Source: a virus (taxonomy: Duplodnaviria > Caudoviricetes). From it: DNA of 26,754 nt. Position 1 is the stretch's first letter. Each line of letters opens with the position of its first letter. A program made the position numbers and the translations under genes. The notes beneath the pieces are model-generated. The model worked only from the letters and a program-made list of their open reading frames with translations, did no database searches and was not told the DNA's origin. Location: IMG/VR virus record IMGVR_UViG_3300027906_000125, positions 1 through 26,754 of that record. One strand, written 5' to 3'. Below, in pieces: positions 23,860 through 26,754 of the stretch.

Positions 23860-26754
23860 ATGGCAGAAATAAAAAATACTTTTCTAAAGTCCAAAATGAA
23901 TAAGGACTTAGATGAAAGATTACTACCTAACGGTGAATATCGTGACGCTCAGAATATAGCAATATCAAAGTCAGAAGATAGTAACGTTGGAGCTGCTGAA
24001 AACGTACAAGGAACAGAACTAGTATTAAATGGAGATATAGGTAAAATTGTTGGAGATGTTTTATCTACACCTGATCCTTTAGTTATAATTGGTCAATATG
24101 CAGATGAAGTAAATAGTAGAATATATTTATTTTTAACTGATAACTTTGTTGAAAAATTAACTTATATTAAATCTAGTCAAAATGCTATAGTAAGATATGA
24201 TATAGATAATGGAAATATTTATATATATTCAGCTGGAACATTTTTAAATTTTTCTACAGGATATCAAATAAGAAATGTTAATATTGTAGAAGATTTAATG
24301 TTTTGGACTGACAATAGAAATCAACCTAGAGTTATAAATATAAATAATCCAGACGCTACTTTAATAGCTAATTTTACTTCTATAGCTGATTTACCATATA
24401 CAACTGAAGATCAAATTACCGTTTGTAAATATAATCCTTACAAACCAATTGAAGTCTGGAAAGATAACGCTGGTGTTATTGAAACAACTATGGTAGACGC
24501 TGTAAGTTCTACTTCTCCAATGATTGCTCAAGTACAGATGAACAACAATATTGCTTCACCTATAGCACCTCAAGAAATAAATGTAGATGTAGCAACTTAT
24601 ACTATAGGTATGAGTGATGCTCGAGCTGTTACTGAGGGATATCAAATATGGACAAGTGATGGTCAAATAACACCAGAAGATAATGTATATATTGTTTCTA
24701 GTCCAGCTCCAGGAACATTTGTTATTGCTCAAAGAGATGGAACTAACTTTCAAGCTAGATTCGAAGCATTTGCTTCAAAACCTGTTATGTTATATTTTGG
24801 TTATCAAAATCCTAATTGGGAGAATACCGCTGGTGTCTCAAGTTATCCAGGTAATCAAGATTTTTTAACTGATAAATTCATAAGGTTTAGTTATAGATTT
24901 AAATTTACAGATGGAGAATTTTCTTTAATGGCTCCATTCACGCAGGTATGTTTTATTCCAAAACAATATGGTTATTTTTTAGAAGGAATTATTACTCCAG
25001 CCGGTGATGAAGTGAGTGATGAAACTAGAACTTATGAAAGTACAGTAGTATCTTTTATGGAGAATTTAGTTAATAGAATATTTTTACAAATACCAATGCC
25101 TGATGGAATAGATGGTAGTCAATTAGATGCTAATGAATTGTTAGATGTTTTAAATATTGAAGAAATAGAATTATTATATAAAGAATCTGATAGTGTAGCT
25201 GTACAAGTAGTAGATAGAATAACAACAGAACAACTAAATACAGCTGGTGCTGTAACTATCTATGAATATGATTACTTAGCTACTGAACCATTTAAAACTC
25301 TACCTGAAAATCAAACTACGAGAGTGTATGACAAAGTCCCTGTAAAAGCTTTAGGTCAAGAAGTAATAAGTAATAGAATTGTATATAGTAATTTTCAAAA
25401 TAAACACACGCCACCAGTCTCTTTAGATTACAATGTAGGTATATCTTCTAAAATCCCTTATGATGAGGCAAATACTAATTACAGTTATTCAGCTTATCCA
25501 AATCATACAGTAAAACAAAATAGATATTATCAAGTAGGAATAGTTTTATCTGACAGGTATGGAAGAACATCGACAGTGTTACTCTCAAACAATCAAAACT
25601 TTGTAGCAGCTGCTGCACCTAACCCTCAATTTGGTGCAGACACTATATATGTACCTTATCAAGATGAATATGATACTCAAAACTTTAACAACATAGTTGA
25701 TTGGCCTGGTAATAGTTTAAAAATATATTTTAACAATATAATAGATTCAGCTTTTAATCCTGAATTGGGTACTCCTGGTTTATATAACGGAGATCCAACT
25801 AGTAGTGATTATAATCCACTTGGATGGTATACTTATAAAGTTGTAGTTAAACAAAAACAACAAGATTATTATAATGTTTATTTACCGGGTATATTAACTG
25901 GTTTGCCAGAAAATATGGGAAATTATCCTGAAGGAGAAATATACACATCGACTATTACTTTATTTAATGATAATATAAACAAAGTACCAAGAGATTTAAA
26001 AGAAGTAGGACCAAATCAAGCCCAGTTTAGAAGTAGTGTAGAATTGTTTGGAAGAGTAACCCCGGAGTTACCAGTAAAACCAAATGTAGCTCCTGTAACA
26101 CTTCCTCTTTACAACACCCAGTATCTACCGGATTTAGTAGCCGATATTACAACGCAGATTGCTAGACAATCAGATTTATTTCAATCAGAATATTGGCAAG
26201 ACTCAACGGTTGCATTTGAGGTACTTGCCGATGTTTATGATAGTACTTCAAACCCTTATTTAGCGAGAGTATCAACTCAAAAATTAATAGGTAGTGGAGG
26301 AAATCAAAATCCCCCAGCACCAGATCCTTATCCTTTTTTCTTAAGTGTTTATGAGACTAAACCAGTTGAATCAAAATTAGAATTATTTTGGGAAACCTCT
26401 ACCACTGGTAAGATTTTAGATTTAAACAATGCTATTAATACAACTGTGCCTTCTATTCCAGCTGGTATAGAAGATTATGCTTTTGATTTTGTAGAAGATA
26501 GAAATTATACAAATCCAGTTCAAGTATATACAACTGGACAAGGGCCAATTATAACTAATGACTTTTACGTAGAAGACGCGTTGGGATCAGCTATAAATAA
26601 TACATCTATGACTGTGACAATTATAAACGGTAATGGTGTTGATGTAACAGCAACGGTAGGAATTACATTAGTTGAAACAGCTGCTGGAGTATTAACTCCT
26701 AATGGAAATACACATCTTTATGATAGTTATACTTTACAAATAAGTGATTACTTT
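23860..26754 (+). CDS. Tail stabilisation / muzzle protein (P22 gp10-like), truncated by window end
   Basis: Starts MAEIKNTFLKSKMNKDLDERLLPNGEYRDAQNI and contains LMFWTDNRNQPRVINI and FSYRFKF. The same frame is still open in the last line. Absent from the track, consistent with no stop inside the window. Confidence 0.75.
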   Translation, partial: MAEIKNTFLKSKMNKDLDERLLPNGEYRDAQNIAISKSEDSNVGAAENVQGTELVLNGDIGKIVGDVLSTPDPLVIIGQYADEVNSRIYLFLTDNFVEKLTYIKSSQNAIVRYDIDNGNIYIYSAGTFLNFSTGYQIRNVNIVEDLMFWTDNRNQPRVININNPDATLIANFTSIADLPYTTEDQITVCKYNPYKPIEVWKDNAGVIETTMVDAVSSTSPMIAQVQMNNNIASPIAPQEINVDVATYTIGMSDARAVTEGYQIWTSDGQITPEDNVYIVSSPAPGTFVIAQRDGTNFQARFEAFASKPVMLYFGYQNPNWENTAGVSSYPGNQDFLTDKFIRFSYRFKFTDGEFSLMAPFTQVCFIPKQYGYFLEGIITPAGDEVSDETRTYESTVVSFMENLVNRIFLQIPMPDGIDGSQLDANELLDVLNIEEIELLYKESDSVAVQVVDRITTEQLNTAGAVTIYEYDYLATEPFKTLPENQTTRVYDKVPVKALGQEVISNRIVYSNFQNKHTPPVSLDYNVGISSKIPYDEANTNYSYSAYPNHTVKQNRYYQVGIVLSDRYGRTSTVLLSNNQNFVAAAAPNPQFGADTIYVPYQDEYDTQNFNNIVDWPGNSLKIYFNNIIDSAFNPELGTPGLYNGDPTSSDYNPLGWYTYKVVVKQKQQDYYNVYLPGILTGLPENMGNYPEGEIYTSTITLFNDNINKVPRDLKEVGPNQAQFRSSVELFGRVTPELPVKPNVAPVTLPLYNTQYLPDLVADITTQIARQSDLFQSEYWQDSTVAFEVLADVYDSTSNPYLARVSTQKLIGSGGNQNPPAPDPYPFFLSVYETKPVESKLELFWETSTTGKILDLNNAINTTVPSIPAGIEDYAFDFVEDRNYTNPVQVYTTGQGPIITNDFYVEDALGSAINNTSMTVTIINGNGVDVTATVGITLVETAAGVLTPNGNTHLYDSYTLQISDYF

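Noticed and set aside
2059-24753. Short minus-strand ORFs (2059, 3037, 3874, 6746, 7178, 7808, 8788, 11968, 13395, 18068, 24556)
   Set aside because: All lie opposite well-supported + strand genes and have shadow-like composition. 8788-8988 is explained by the 51-aa + strand ORF.
7327-24868. Nested + strand alternative-frame ORFs (7327, 14728, 19048, 24683)
   Set aside because: Fully inside longer genes, mostly L/I/K-rich frame-shift composition, no leaders.
384-26754. Stop-codon reassignment as in some crAss-like phages
   Set aside because: Genes are full length in the standard code, and TAG (4037, 5997, 18341) and TGA (6238) end genes at sensible positions.
1-26754. CRISPR array, tRNA, diversity-generating retroelement, intron/intein, integrase
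   Set aside because: No spaced direct repeats, cloverleaf, reverse transcriptase, homing endonuclease or recombinase motifs seen by eye, and intergenic gaps after position 383 are too short. Not confirmed computationally.

Overview
The window is the late (morphogenesis) region of an AT-rich tailed dsDNA phage, with every credible gene on the + strand and the standard genetic code. The core module runs: large terminase (739 aa), portal (805 aa), acidic scaffold-like protein, major capsid protein (495 aa), a 258-aa gene, two ring/tail-tubular genes, and a muzzle/tail-stabilisation gene running off the right end. This order and these sizes match crAss-like podophages of Bacteroidota, and A/T-rich leaders without Shine-Dalgarno sites fit such a host. 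Upstream lie fibre/decoration genes, a phage groEL-groES pair, a winged-helix gene, a mini HExxH protease, a 3TM-type holin and several basic low-complexity proteins. I add three CDSs missing from the ORF track (8153-8320, 8819-8974, 23860->26754). Best leads: (1) a folding kit made of a GroEL with remodelled inter-ring contacts, a roof-less GroES and a second, tandem GroES-like gene near the terminase; (2) a three-gene capsid-spike cassette whose 51-aa middle peptide could adapt a pentameric base to a trimeric fibre; (3) a candidate phage promoter GTAAA-N11-ACRWGTRASTATA. All family assignments come from motif recognition by eye; no searches were run.
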